Source: an uncultured Aliarcobacter sp.
Lineage (GTDB): Bacteria; Campylobacterota; Campylobacteria; Campylobacterales; Arcobacteraceae
Direction: 5' to 3'
NCBI GenBank assembly: GCA_963664305.2
Contig: CAXXLV010000002.1
Location: 1,440,001-1,504,000 of the forward strand
DNA length: 64,000 bases
Shown: piece by piece, positions 42,206-52,400 of the stretch
Layout of the letters: each line of letters opens with the position of its first letter
How positions within the stretch are numbered: the stretch's first letter is position 1
Made by a program: the position numbers and the translations under genes
Notes under the pieces: generated by a model
What the model was told of the DNA's origin: nothing
The model's input: the letters and a program-made list of their open reading frames with translations, nothing else
The model's database searches: none

Positions 42206-42916
42206 TTAAATTTTTCTAGCGATTATTAAAGTAGAAATATTCATAGAAAAAGCTTTTACATGAATTGGTTCAAGTCCAGCTACTTTTAACTCTTTACATA
42301 AATTTTCTGTTGTTAAAAACTCATCAATAGAGTTTGGTAAATATGTATATGCTTCTTTATTTTTAGAAATTAATCCACCTAAAGTTGGAAGAATTTTGTT
42401 CATATAAAAATCTGTTACATGGTCAAGTAATTTCTCTTTTTTATTTTTTGTAAACTCATTTATTACTACTAAACCATCTTTTTTAAGAACTCTTGCAAAC
42501 TCATGAAAAGCTTCTTGTCTTTCAACAACATTTCTAATTCCATAAGAAATAGAAACTATATCTGCACTTTCATTTTCAAGTGGCATTTGTGTTGCAAAAG
42601 CTTCTACAAATTCAACTTCAGGAAGTTTTTTCTTTCCAACTTCCATCATTCCAACGCTTGGGTCAACCCCAATAATATTTTGTAAATCTATTTTATTTTC
42701 ATTTGCAACTTGTTTCCAAAACAGAATCATATCTCCAGTTCCACAAGCAACATCAACAATCTTTTCAATATCTTTTTTACCATATAACTCAAAAGTTTTA
42801 TTACAAGCTTTGTTTCTCCATGATTTATCAATCCCCATTGATAAAACTCTATTTGCTATATCATAAGTTCCTGCAATATCATTGAACATTGATACAATTT
42901 TTTCTTGTTTTCCCAT
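42206..42916 (-). CDS. ubiE: Demethylmenaquinone methyltransferase UbiE/MenG
   Basis: DVACGTGD, ISYGIRNV, AYTYLPNSI. Confidence 0.95.
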   Translation of the reverse strand: MGKQEKIVSMFNDIAGTYDIANRVLSMGIDKSWRNKACNKTFELYGKKDIEKIVDVACGTGDMILFWKQVANENKIDLQNIIGVDPSVGMMEVGKKKLPEVEFVEAFATQMPLENESADIVSISYGIRNVVERQEAFHEFARVLKKDGLVVINEFTKNKKEKLLDHVTDFYMNKILPTLGGLISKNKEAYTYLPNSIDEFLTTENLCKELKVAGLEPIHVKAFSMNISTLIIARKI

Positions 42917-42943
42917 TTTTCCTATTTTCCTAATTCTTATTTT

Positions 42944-43192
42944 CTATAAAAGATATTTTCCAATTAATAATCCAATAATTAACCCTATATTTGCTGCAAC
43001 AGCAATATACATATATGAAAGTTTTTTATCTGCATATGGTAATTTATTTAAAATATCTTCTTGATGTTTTAATGTCGTTTCAAAATTTTGTGAAGACTTT
43101 TCAAGATTATCAATTGCTTTTCTTATTGCAATTTCTGAAAATTCCATTTTTTCAACAAGCTCTTTAGCTTGTTTAAAACTCATATCACTCAT
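42944..43192 (-). CDS. Small coiled-coil protein with C-terminal TM anchor
   Basis: ATGA-coupled to the ATPase; hydrophobic C-terminal ~20 aa. Confidence 0.75.
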   Translation of the reverse strand: MSDMSFKQAKELVEKMEFSEIAIRKAIDNLEKSSQNFETTLKHQEDILNKLPYADKKLSYMYIAVAANIGLIIGLLIGKYLL

Positions 43193-43983
43193 TTTTTAAT
43201 TTCAATCCATCTATCTAAATCACAAAAAATCTTATTTAAAGTATTTAATACATAATCTTTTGCTTCTGTTTGTATTCTTCTAAAAAAAAGATATTTTCTA
43301 GCACTTTCAATATCCCCAACCTCTTTTGCTTGAATAGCTTTTGCAGCAAAATCAGTATTATTGTATGCCATTTCCCAAACTGTACTTCCTAAATATCTAC
43401 TCATCGTTATTACTTTATCGTTTTTAACAGGGAAATATTTTGGAGATTTAACAAAATCACAAATTACAGAATTTGAATCTAAATATTTATGTCCAAAAAA
43501 GTTTATAAATTGTTCACTAAAATAATCTTCATCCATTGAAATTGCTCTATTTAAAGCAAAAATTATATTTTCTTCTGGATTTTTTTCTATTTTTTTAATT
43601 TTTTTCATAGTTGCAATTGCATTTTTTCCATCAAGTTCACCATCACCTAAAGGGATAATCCACTTAACATTTCCAAAAGAACCAACTTTTTTTATCTCAT
43701 CAAGAACTAAAGATGATGTTTTATTTCCACCAACATCAACTATAACTTCGTGATTATCATCCATTAAAATCAACTCATCAAGTTCATTTAACCTATTTGT
43801 TCCTAACATTTTTTTATTAACAATTTCAGTTCTTGTAAATGATCTTGAGTCATTGTTTTCATCATCAATTTCAATATAAGTAACTTTTTTTCCATGTTTT
43901 TTATATAAATATGGAGCAATAACTTGCATAGCAACAGTAGATTTACCTACTCCACCTTTTGTTTGGGGAATTATAATCATCAA
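43189..43983 (-). CDS. ParA/MinD-superfamily ATPase (StbB/TraL-like)
   Basis: Deviant Walker A KGGVGKST, IEIDDEN, IVDVGGN. Confidence 0.75.
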   Translation of the reverse strand: MMIIIPQTKGGVGKSTVAMQVIAPYLYKKHGKKVTYIEIDDENNDSRSFTRTEIVNKKMLGTNRLNELDELILMDDNHEVIVDVGGNKTSSLVLDEIKKVGSFGNVKWIIPLGDGELDGKNAIATMKKIKKIEKNPEENIIFALNRAISMDEDYFSEQFINFFGHKYLDSNSVICDFVKSPKYFPVKNDKVITMSRYLGSTVWEMAYNNTDFAAKAIQAKEVGDIESARKYLFFRRIQTEAKDYVLNTLNKIFCDLDRWIEIKK

Positions 43984-44058
43984 TTAAACCTTTGGATTTA
44001 TAATTATATAGTTCATTCATTTTATCGTAATATTTATTAATTCCGTATAGTTTAAATG

Positions 44059-44883
44059 TCAATCAATATAAGCTTCAGTGATAAATAATTTTGGATTATT
44101 GCAATATTTTTTAATTTTAAAAGTATTTATTGCTTTCCCATCTTCTATATCAATAACCATCATTTGTAAAATAGATTTACATGAATTTGGAACTTCGAAA
44201 TGTCCACCAATCCCTGTAGTTACCTTTTGAATAGGAATTTTTGAATCCATTCCTATTACATTATCTCTACACCCTGTTAATCCGATATCAGTTAAATATG
44301 CTGTATTTTCAAAAATTTGTAAATCATCTGTTCCAACATGAGTATGTGTTCCACAAATTCCACTTACTTGATTTTTAAACATCATTAGCATAATTCTTTT
44401 TTCACTTGTAACTTCAGCATGAAAATCTATAAATATATTTTTTATCTCTTCTTCATGTAGTTTTGAAACTAATTTTTTTGCCCAGTTAAAAGGATTTTCA
44501 ACAGTTGGCATTCCATATTGTCCCATAAGATTGATAACAGCTAATTTTTCAATACCATTTGAAGTTTCAATTTCACAGATTTTTATTCCACTTCCAATTA
44601 ATCCTTCAGGATAATTATCCGGTCTTAAAACATTTGATGTTTCAAGTAAAGCTAACATATCTTTTTTCTTATCAAAACTATGATTTCCACCTGTTAATAA
44701 ACCAATTCCTGATTTAAAAAGCTCTTTTGCACTCTCAACAGTTAAACCAAAACCATGACTAGCATTTTCACCGTTTGCTATCACAAAATCTATTTTATAT
44801 TCTTCTTTTATTTTTGATAAGTTTTCTTTTATAATTTTACGCCCAGGACGACCTACTATGTCTCCTATAAATCCTATTCTCAT
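44059..44883 (-). CDS. ymdB: YmdB-like metallophosphoesterase
   Basis: IGDIVG, NGEN, GGNH, DFHAE.TSEK, GTHTHV. Confidence 0.92.
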   Translation of the reverse strand: MRIGFIGDIVGRPGRKIIKENLSKIKEEYKIDFVIANGENASHGFGLTVESAKELFKSGIGLLTGGNHSFDKKKDMLALLETSNVLRPDNYPEGLIGSGIKICEIETSNGIEKLAVINLMGQYGMPTVENPFNWAKKLVSKLHEEEIKNIFIDFHAEVTSEKRIMLMMFKNQVSGICGTHTHVGTDDLQIFENTAYLTDIGLTGCRDNVIGMDSKIPIQKVTTGIGGHFEVPNSCKSILQMMVIDIEDGKAINTFKIKKYCNNPKLFITEAYID

Positions 44884-44928
44884 TTATCTTCTTTATAAAA
44901 TTTTTTCTTATTGTATTAAAAAAAACTT

Positions 44929-47340
44929 TTATTCTTCTTCACATGCTTTTAATCTGATTTCAAAAACAGCACCTAAATCTTCATTATATGCTTTGATAAT
45001 CCCATCTTGTTCATCAACAATTTTTTTTGCAATATTTAAACCAACACCCATGCCACTATGTTCTTTTGATGAAACAAAAGGCTCAAAAATTTCATCTATT
45101 ATCTCTTCTTTTATTCCACCAGCGCTATCTTTAAATTTAATTACAACTTCATTTTCTTCTTTAAATAAATAGATATTTAAAACTCTTTTTTCATAATCTT
45201 CTATTTTTACCAACTCATCAAGAGCATTATTTATAACTATAATCCAAACTTGTTCTATTCTTTGTTTTTGAACTTTAGAGTTAAAAACAAACTCATTTTT
45301 ATTTAAAGAATCTATATCAAAAAGTTTTTCATTTAAATATATTTTACAAACTTGACGTGAGCGATTATATGCCATTGTAAGTGAAGTAATCAAAGTAGAA
45401 TAGATATTTGTTTTTTCTTTTACTTCTTTACTACTTTGTGACATTTCTCTCATTGATTCCACAATATTTGCTATTCTATTTAATCCCTCTTTCATTTTTT
45501 CACTATCGTATGACATTCGCTCTTTTATTTCACTTTGTGGTAAATCCATAATATCATAAGACATCAGCTCAAGATTTCCTTTTATATATGTCAATGGAGT
45601 ATTTATCTCATGGGCAATTCCAGCAGCTAATGAACCAATAGAAGTTAATTTTGCATTTTTAATTTGCTCTTGTTGATGAAGTTTGTCTTTATGGATACTT
45701 TTTTCAACTTCTAAATTTATTCTTTGTTCTAGATTTTGATTTAATTCTTGTAATTTTCTTTTATCTTCTAGAGAATTAACAACAAATACTAAATGATTTT
45801 TATCTGAAGATAATACACTTAAAGACAATTCAAGATGAATTTGTGTTCCATCTTTTTTTACAAAAATCTTTTCTATATTTGAAATATTTCCTATTTCTCG
45901 TACTTCTGTTAAAATCTTCTTTAAAAGTTTTTTTGAATCATAACTAATAATATCAATACAATTCATTCGCAAAAGCTCTTTACTTTCATAACCAAGAAGT
46001 TGTTTAAATGTACTGTTTAATTTTACAAAATTTCCTTCACTATCAATCAATGATATTCCACTATTTACATTTTCAAAAATTGCATTGTACTGTTCTACTT
46101 GTTTATTCAAATCAACATATAAATCTTCAATCTTTTTCTTATTTGTAATATCTGTACAAATAATGTTATATCCCATTAATTGCCTATTATCAAAAATTCC
46201 TTCAACAAAAAGATTTATCCAAAAAACTTCTCCATCTTTTTTATTACCTTTTATCTCACCAACAAAAGTTTCACCTATTTTTATCTTTTTCCAAATTTTT
46301 CGTTGTTCTTTGATTTTTATATCTTTATGAACTAAAATATTATAGTTATGTCCTATTAATTCACTTTTTGAATATCCTAAAAAATAGCAAAATGCAGAAC
46401 TTGTATCAAGGATTAGATTGTCTTTATTAAGTCTTAGAAACATAATATGATTATCCATGATTTTTTGTTTTTCATCTAATGCTAAAGAGTTTTGTTTTAT
46501 ATTTAAATCTAGTTGTTTATTTTCATCTTCAACTTTTCTATTCAATCTTGCAATTGGTTCTGAAAACAATAATGATAAAAATAAAGCAATACAAAATCCA
46601 ATAACAATTATCGATTCATAATAATCTTTAATATAATCATTATTCAGATTTTTTTCACTTTTGATTAAAAAAGTTAGATATTGTTTGTTATTTATGTAAA
46701 CATTTTTTGAAAAATACTCTTCTTTAAAAGAATTTTCTTTATCTTCAAAAGAGTTTACAATAAAGGTTTTTTTATTAAAATCATTATAGATTTTATTAAA
46801 AGTATCTTTTATATCTATGTTTACTATATAAAAATCATTTTCATTTCTAATTATAAAATTTATAATTGATGTAGTTTTTGAATCATTAAAATAGTGTAAA
46901 ATCTCTTCATTTTTTAAGATTCTCATATCTTTAAAATAATCTTTTGTAAAAATACTTTTTAATTTGTTTTCTTCTAAAACCTTTATTTCATTTGAAATAT
47001 TTTCAATTTTTAGTTTTTGTTTTGAATCTAATCCAACTATTTCAAAACTTAAAACATTTTTATCTTTAAATAACGTCTTTTCTAAAAACTTTATTATTTC
47101 ATCTTTATTTTCTATTTTAGAGATACTTTTTTGTATTAATAATAGTTTTTCATCATAATTTTTTATAGAAGAATTAAAAATATTTTTTTCTTGTTCTAAA
47201 ATATTTAAAACATATTCTTTCTCTTTTTTATCACTGTGAAATTCATAAAAGTTGTTAAAAGCAAATGAAGAAAATCCAAGTAACAATACTGCAAATATAA
47301 TAAAAGCAATAAATATTTTTATATAAAATGAGATTCTCAT
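44929..47340 (-). CDS. PAS-PAS sensor histidine kinase
   Basis: AGIAHEINTPL, DSAGGI, FEPF, GMGVGL. Confidence 0.92.
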   Translation of the reverse strand: MRISFYIKIFIAFIIFAVLLLGFSSFAFNNFYEFHSDKKEKEYVLNILEQEKNIFNSSIKNYDEKLLLIQKSISKIENKDEIIKFLEKTLFKDKNVLSFEIVGLDSKQKLKIENISNEIKVLEENKLKSIFTKDYFKDMRILKNEEILHYFNDSKTTSIINFIIRNENDFYIVNIDIKDTFNKIYNDFNKKTFIVNSFEDKENSFKEEYFSKNVYINNKQYLTFLIKSEKNLNNDYIKDYYESIIVIGFCIALFLSLLFSEPIARLNRKVEDENKQLDLNIKQNSLALDEKQKIMDNHIMFLRLNKDNLILDTSSAFCYFLGYSKSELIGHNYNILVHKDIKIKEQRKIWKKIKIGETFVGEIKGNKKDGEVFWINLFVEGIFDNRQLMGYNIICTDITNKKKIEDLYVDLNKQVEQYNAIFENVNSGISLIDSEGNFVKLNSTFKQLLGYESKELLRMNCIDIISYDSKKLLKKILTEVREIGNISNIEKIFVKKDGTQIHLELSLSVLSSDKNHLVFVVNSLEDKRKLQELNQNLEQRINLEVEKSIHKDKLHQQEQIKNAKLTSIGSLAAGIAHEINTPLTYIKGNLELMSYDIMDLPQSEIKERMSYDSEKMKEGLNRIANIVESMREMSQSSKEVKEKTNIYSTLITSLTMAYNRSRQVCKIYLNEKLFDIDSLNKNEFVFNSKVQKQRIEQVWIIVINNALDELVKIEDYEKRVLNIYLFKEENEVVIKFKDSAGGIKEEIIDEIFEPFVSSKEHSGMGVGLNIAKKIVDEQDGIIKAYNEDLGAVFEIRLKACEEE

Positions 47341-49379
47341 ATTCGTTCTTCTTTATTTAACTTGATAAAATATGTTGTATTGTAAATAGTATTATTACAC
47401 CAAAGTAGACCATTATTCTTTTCTATAAAAAGTTTTGATAAATGTAAATATGTATCAAAATATTTATCTTCATTTGAAGATAAAATCTCATCAATTATAT
47501 TTTTCTTATTTTCACCTTTTATATTATCTTCAATTTTTATTACCACATCATTGTTTTCATCAAGATTCTCACTAATTGCAGTTATAAATATTGTTACATT
47601 TTCTGTTTTGTTTAACATTGCTTGCTCTAAACAATTTTTTAACATATTAAAGAAAATATTTTTTAACTCATTGGAAGAGATTGAAATATGAATATCATCT
47701 TTTATATCAAATTTAACTTTTATATTTTGATTTTTTAATTCATTTTTTAAACTATTTATTGTCTCATCAATAACAAAATGAAGATTTGTTTTTTCACTAT
47801 TTCTTGTGTTAAATAAATATTTAATTTCATTTAACATATCTGATAAATTTTTTAATTCAGATTCAACATTTTTTTCTATATTTAATAAATCGTTATTTCC
47901 AAAGTGGTTTAATTTTTGTATTTCAAAAGAGATTTTTGAAATTGGAACTTTCCATTGATGTGCAAATGAATCCAAAATTTTTGACATCAACTGAACTTTT
48001 GTTGTTTCAATCAATGTTTTATCTTTTATTTTTATATCATTTAATTTATTTGATAAATCTTCTTTTAGCAATCTATTTATTTTTTGAAGTTGTTTTGTAT
48101 CAGTAATATTTATTCTTATTGAACTATATCCTTCTACTTTTCCTTCAAAATTATATCGTGGAAATATTACAGCCTTTATCCAATATGAGTTTCCATATTT
48201 ATCTTTGTTTTTTATTTCACCTTCCCAAATTTTATTTGCTTTTAAATCTTTCCACATATTTTCAAAAAATATTTGTGATACATCTGGATGTCTTAAAATA
48301 TTTGTATTTTTACCTAACATTTCCTCTTTTGAATAACCAGAAATTTTATAAAAAGGTTTAGTTGCAAATAAAATATTTCCATATAAATCTGTTTCAACTT
48401 TTATAATATAATTATCAACTTGCTCAAATAGTTCTTTATATTTTTTATTTATTACTTCACTTTTAGTTTTAAAATTATTAGTTCTATAAAGGAAATAAAT
48501 TATTATAAATAATATGAGTATGAAAATAATAAATAAAATATCAAAATAGCCATTTATTCTACTAATTTCATTATTTTTATTATCATCATAAGCCAATAAA
48601 TAAAGTGAATTTTTATAAAAATCAGAACTATTAAGAGGAATAAAAACTGTTGGAATGTTAACTAAATCATTATCTAAAACTAAAGAGAACTCTTTTTGAT
48701 TATTTATAAAATTAATTAGTTCATCTTTTTGAACTTTTTTCATATTAAAAAACATATCTTCTTTTAATTGAAAATTATTTGATATTAATATTCTAAATTT
48801 TGAATTACTATTTTCTTCCAATTTTTTTATTAAAGTAGCTAAATCAAATTTTAAATTAATTACTCCTAGAAGATTTAATTTTTCATCAAAAATGGGTTTA
48901 GAAAAAAGTAAAAACATATTCTCATTTTCAATTTTATAATTAAACAACTCTTTTTTATTTGATAAAACTTCTTCAACAATTTTATAAGTAAAATTATCCT
49001 CAGAATTTTCTTCCATACTTAAAATCAATTTATTTGTTGATGTAAAAAAATTTGCTTCTTGTAAACCTAAAGTTTTATAAAATAAAAAACTATTTTCAAA
49101 ATTTGTATGGAGTTGTTTTTTTATAGAGTTTAAATCTGAATTGTTTTTTAATATTTCAACTATTTTTTTATCTTTTATAAATTCATTAAAATAGATTAAT
49201 TCAGAAATATTTTCATAAGTATTAAAAATTTTTGTATATTCTTTATTTACATATTGTTTATAAGTAAATAAAGAGCTTTCCATCTCTTTATTTTTTAAAA
49301 AGTTTAAACCTACAATTATAAAAAAGAAAGAGATAATAAAATAGAAAAAATACCTAAAATTTAGGTTTTTATCATTCAT
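47337..49379 (-). CDS. Membrane PAS sensor with degenerate kinase domain
   Basis: TMs, PAS, FAHQWKVP H-box; G1/F/G2 boxes degenerate. Confidence 0.8.
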   Translation of the reverse strand: MNDKNLNFRYFFYFIISFFFIIVGLNFLKNKEMESSLFTYKQYVNKEYTKIFNTYENISELIYFNEFIKDKKIVEILKNNSDLNSIKKQLHTNFENSFLFYKTLGLQEANFFTSTNKLILSMEENSEDNFTYKIVEEVLSNKKELFNYKIENENMFLLFSKPIFDEKLNLLGVINLKFDLATLIKKLEENSNSKFRILISNNFQLKEDMFFNMKKVQKDELINFINNQKEFSLVLDNDLVNIPTVFIPLNSSDFYKNSLYLLAYDDNKNNEISRINGYFDILFIIFILILFIIIYFLYRTNNFKTKSEVINKKYKELFEQVDNYIIKVETDLYGNILFATKPFYKISGYSKEEMLGKNTNILRHPDVSQIFFENMWKDLKANKIWEGEIKNKDKYGNSYWIKAVIFPRYNFEGKVEGYSSIRINITDTKQLQKINRLLKEDLSNKLNDIKIKDKTLIETTKVQLMSKILDSFAHQWKVPISKISFEIQKLNHFGNNDLLNIEKNVESELKNLSDMLNEIKYLFNTRNSEKTNLHFVIDETINSLKNELKNQNIKVKFDIKDDIHISISSNELKNIFFNMLKNCLEQAMLNKTENVTIFITAISENLDENNDVVIKIEDNIKGENKKNIIDEILSSNEDKYFDTYLHLSKLFIEKNNGLLWCNNTIYNTTYFIKLNKEERI

Positions 49380-49382
49380 TTA

Positions 49383-49757
49383 TTATGACTCAAGAACTTC
49401 TAAAATCTTTTTTTCTAAAAGTTGTAAAGAATCAAAAGGTTTCATTACATAGTTTGTAGCACCTTCTTTATGAGATTTTAAAACTTTATCAAGAGTTGAA
49501 TAAGCCGTCATCATAATAACTTTTTGGTCTGGATTTTTAGCTTTTATTTTTTCTAAAACATCTAAACCATTCATCTGTGGCATCATTATGTCTAATAAAA
49601 TCACATCAAATTTGTTTGCCTCAATTGAACCTAATGCAGAAACAGGATTTGAATAAGTTGATACAGAAAAATTTTGATTTCTAGTTAAAAATCTACTAAG
49701 AACATTTAAGATTTCTGTTTCATCATCAACAATTGCTATCGTATATTTTTTGCTCAT
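49383..49757 (-). CDS. Single-domain response regulator
   Basis: IVDDE, LDIMMP, MTAY, KPF. Confidence 0.93.
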   Translation of the reverse strand: MSKKYTIAIVDDETEILNVLSRFLTRNQNFSVSTYSNPVSALGSIEANKFDVILLDIMMPQMNGLDVLEKIKAKNPDQKVIMMTAYSTLDKVLKSHKEGATNYVMKPFDSLQLLEKKILEVLES

Positions 49758-51167
49758 CTATTTTCCTTCAAATAATTTTTTTGCAGCTTCTTTCATTACT
49801 AATTCATTTTTTTCTTCAAGAATTTTATCTAAATGAATAAACACTTGCTCACTTCCTTGTTCAACTAATTCTATCTTATCTTCAATTAATTGTTTTGAGC
49901 AAGAAACACTGTGTCCAGAACACTCATTTGCCAATAGATTTGCTTCATGGTGAACTGTATGGTGATGTTTTTCTAAACCTTTATATGATGGAACAAAACT
50001 GAATTGTTCTTTTCCTAAACCTGTATCATACCATTTTCCTAATCTACAATTATGATGATCAACCGGTTTAAAGTTATGTTCTCCACCAAAAATTAATTGG
50101 TATAGATTATTTTTATAAATTACGTGGTCAAGTTTTGCTAAGTTAATAAATATTTTGTTTGAAATACTTTCTACTTCATATACTGATCTATTTGAATTTT
50201 TTTGGAATGTATTCATCAATTTACTTAAAACATCAATTCTTGATTTTGTAACATTTACAACATCAGATACTGTTTCTGAACTAGTTTTTATTTTTTCTGT
50301 TTCATTTTGAATTGAAGTTACAACATCTTTTATCTGTTTTGCAGCATCTGCACTTCTTGTTGCAAGATTTCGCACCTCTTGTGCAACAACTGCAAATCCT
50401 TTTCCAGCTTCTCCAGCAGTTGCTGCTTCAACGGCTGCATTTAATGAAAGGATATTTGTTTGGAAAGCAATTTCTTGAATGATATTTATAACTTGTGCTA
50501 TATCTTTACTTTTTGCAACCAAAGATGTTACTACATCATTTTCAACTTCTATTTCTTTATGAAGATTATTTGTGTCATCAACTATTTCATTGATTAAATT
50601 TAAACCTTGTGTTGAACCTTCTGCTGTCTCTTTTGATTCTTTTGCCATTTCTTGTAACTCATCAAGTAAACCTAAATATGTCTCTTGAGTTGTAGATAAT
50701 GATTTTGTCATATTTTTATTATGTCTTGATAATAAACCACCATCTTTATTATCATGAATTGAAGTTTTTCGTAATGAAACAATTTTATAGTTTTCGTAAT
50801 TTTTTACAAAAATATTTGCTTCACAATCCTCTAATATAAGACTATCACTTCCACTTAAGACTGCATCTAATACAACTGAAAAATCTTTTATATTAGAACC
50901 TGCTAATTTATTTACGAAAAAAACTTCATTTTTTTCATTAAATACAACTAGACCTTCTTCTTGCGAAACACCAGCAATTTCTTTAAACAATTGGATAGAT
51001 TTGTCATTTTCTTTAGTGAATGTTTCAAATTTCAAACTATTATGTTTTTCTATTTCACTAATTTTTTCTAATTCTTTTTCTTTGTCTAGTAATTGATTTT
51101 TTAATTCAAGATTTTCTTTTTCAAGTCGAATAATCTTTTCTTCTAAATTCTTATTTCCAAAAAACAT
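49758..51167 (-). CDS. Cytoplasmic chemoreceptor with CZB domain (TlpD-like)
   Basis: [50 protein letters not shown]; no TM. Confidence 0.92.
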   Translation of the reverse strand: MFFGNKNLEEKIIRLEKENLELKNQLLDKEKELEKISEIEKHNSLKFETFTKENDKSIQLFKEIAGVSQEEGLVVFNEKNEVFFVNKLAGSNIKDFSVVLDAVLSGSDSLILEDCEANIFVKNYENYKIVSLRKTSIHDNKDGGLLSRHNKNMTKSLSTTQETYLGLLDELQEMAKESKETAEGSTQGLNLINEIVDDTNNLHKEIEVENDVVTSLVAKSKDIAQVINIIQEIAFQTNILSLNAAVEAATAGEAGKGFAVVAQEVRNLATRSADAAKQIKDVVTSIQNETEKIKTSSETVSDVVNVTKSRIDVLSKLMNTFQKNSNRSVYEVESISNKIFINLAKLDHVIYKNNLYQLIFGGEHNFKPVDHHNCRLGKWYDTGLGKEQFSFVPSYKGLEKHHHTVHHEANLLANECSGHSVSCSKQLIEDKIELVEQGSEQVFIHLDKILEEKNELVMKEAAKKLFEGK

Positions 51168-51251
51168 AACAAACCTCAATAAATGGTAGATTAATAAATA
51201 TAATAACTAAAAGTGAATAAATATTTACTAAAAAATAACTTACTTTTCAAT

Positions 51252-52400
51252 TTAAATGCTATTTAATTGCTGCGAACAAACATAAGCTTCACTAAAAGCT
51301 ATTTGAAAATTAAAGCCACCTAATTCACCAGTTATATTGAGACATTCACCAATAAAATAAAGATTTTTTTGTTTTAAGCTTTCAAAAGTGTTATGATTTA
51401 TTTCATCTGTATTTATTCCACCTTTTGTAACCTCAGCCTTTGAATAACCAAAATTACCAGCAGGTGAAAATTCATAATTTTTTAATAACTTTAATTTTTC
51501 TAATTCTAAACTTGTTAATTTTGAAGTTGCTTTATCTTCTAAATCTATTGAAATTAAAAATTCTTGGATAAATCTTTTTGGAAGAGGTAAAGCAGAAGAG
51601 ATATTTTTATTTCCAACTAAAAAACTTTCTAATCTTTTTTTAGGTAAAAAATCGATTAATATTTTTCCTTTTTTCCAATACAAAGAAGTACTCAAAATAA
51701 CAGGACCTGAACAACCTTTATGTGCAAATAAAAGTGAACCTTCAAAAGATTTTCCTTCAACAGAAGTTATAACATTTGTAGAAATACCTGCAAGATTTTT
51801 AAACCAAAACTGCTCTTTTTGTACAGTAAATCCAACAAGTGCAGGTTCAAGTTTTATTATAGAGTGTCCAAATTTTTTTGCAATATCAAAACCAATAGAA
51901 CTAGCTCCTAAAACTGGATAAGACAAACCTCCACTTGCAACTACAAGTTTTTTTGCTTCTATTATTTTTGAATCTGTTTTTATTTTATAAACTTCATCAA
52001 AATCCACATCTAAAACTGTTGTTCCTAAATGTTTTTTTACATGAGTAGTGAGTTTTGTAAACATATCAATAACATCTTGACTAGAATTACAAAAATATGT
52101 CCCTTTTACAATTTTTGGATTAATTTTGGGAAAGACTTGATTTTTATTTAAAAAAGCTAATAAATCATCTTTTGAGAATTTTTTTAGTAACTCTTTTACA
52201 AACTCTTCATCACCTAAATAGTTTTTATATGTCACTAACTCATTTGTGATATTACATTTTGCTCCACCACTTACTTTAACCTTGGGAGCAAGTTTTAAAC
52301 TTGTATCAATAAGACAGATATTTTTATATTTTTTTTTACTTAAATTTGAAGCAAGCATCAAAGCACTTGCTCCTGCTCCAATAATTGCTATATCGTAGAT
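51252..52400 (-). CDS. HI0933/BaiN-family flavoprotein; probable AUC start
   Basis: KVKVSGGAKCNITN, VASGGLSYP, VTKGGI, GELGGFNFQ; FAD motif YDIAIIGAGAS lies upstream of the first ATG/TTG. Confidence 0.9.
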   Translation of the reverse strand: MYDIAIIGAGASALMLASNLSKKKYKNICLIDTSLKLAPKVKVSGGAKCNITNELVTYKNYLGDEEFVKELLKKFSKDDLLAFLNKNQVFPKINPKIVKGTYFCNSSQDVIDMFTKLTTHVKKHLGTTVLDVDFDEVYKIKTDSKIIEAKKLVVASGGLSYPVLGASSIGFDIAKKFGHSIIKLEPALVGFTVQKEQFWFKNLAGISTNVITSVEGKSFEGSLLFAHKGCSGPVILSTSLYWKKGKILIDFLPKKRLESFLVGNKNISSALPLPKRFIQEFLISIDLEDKATSKLTSLELEKLKLLKNYEFSPAGNFGYSKAEVTKGGINTDEINHNTFESLKQKNLYFIGECLNITGELGGFNFQIAFSEAYVCSQQLNSI

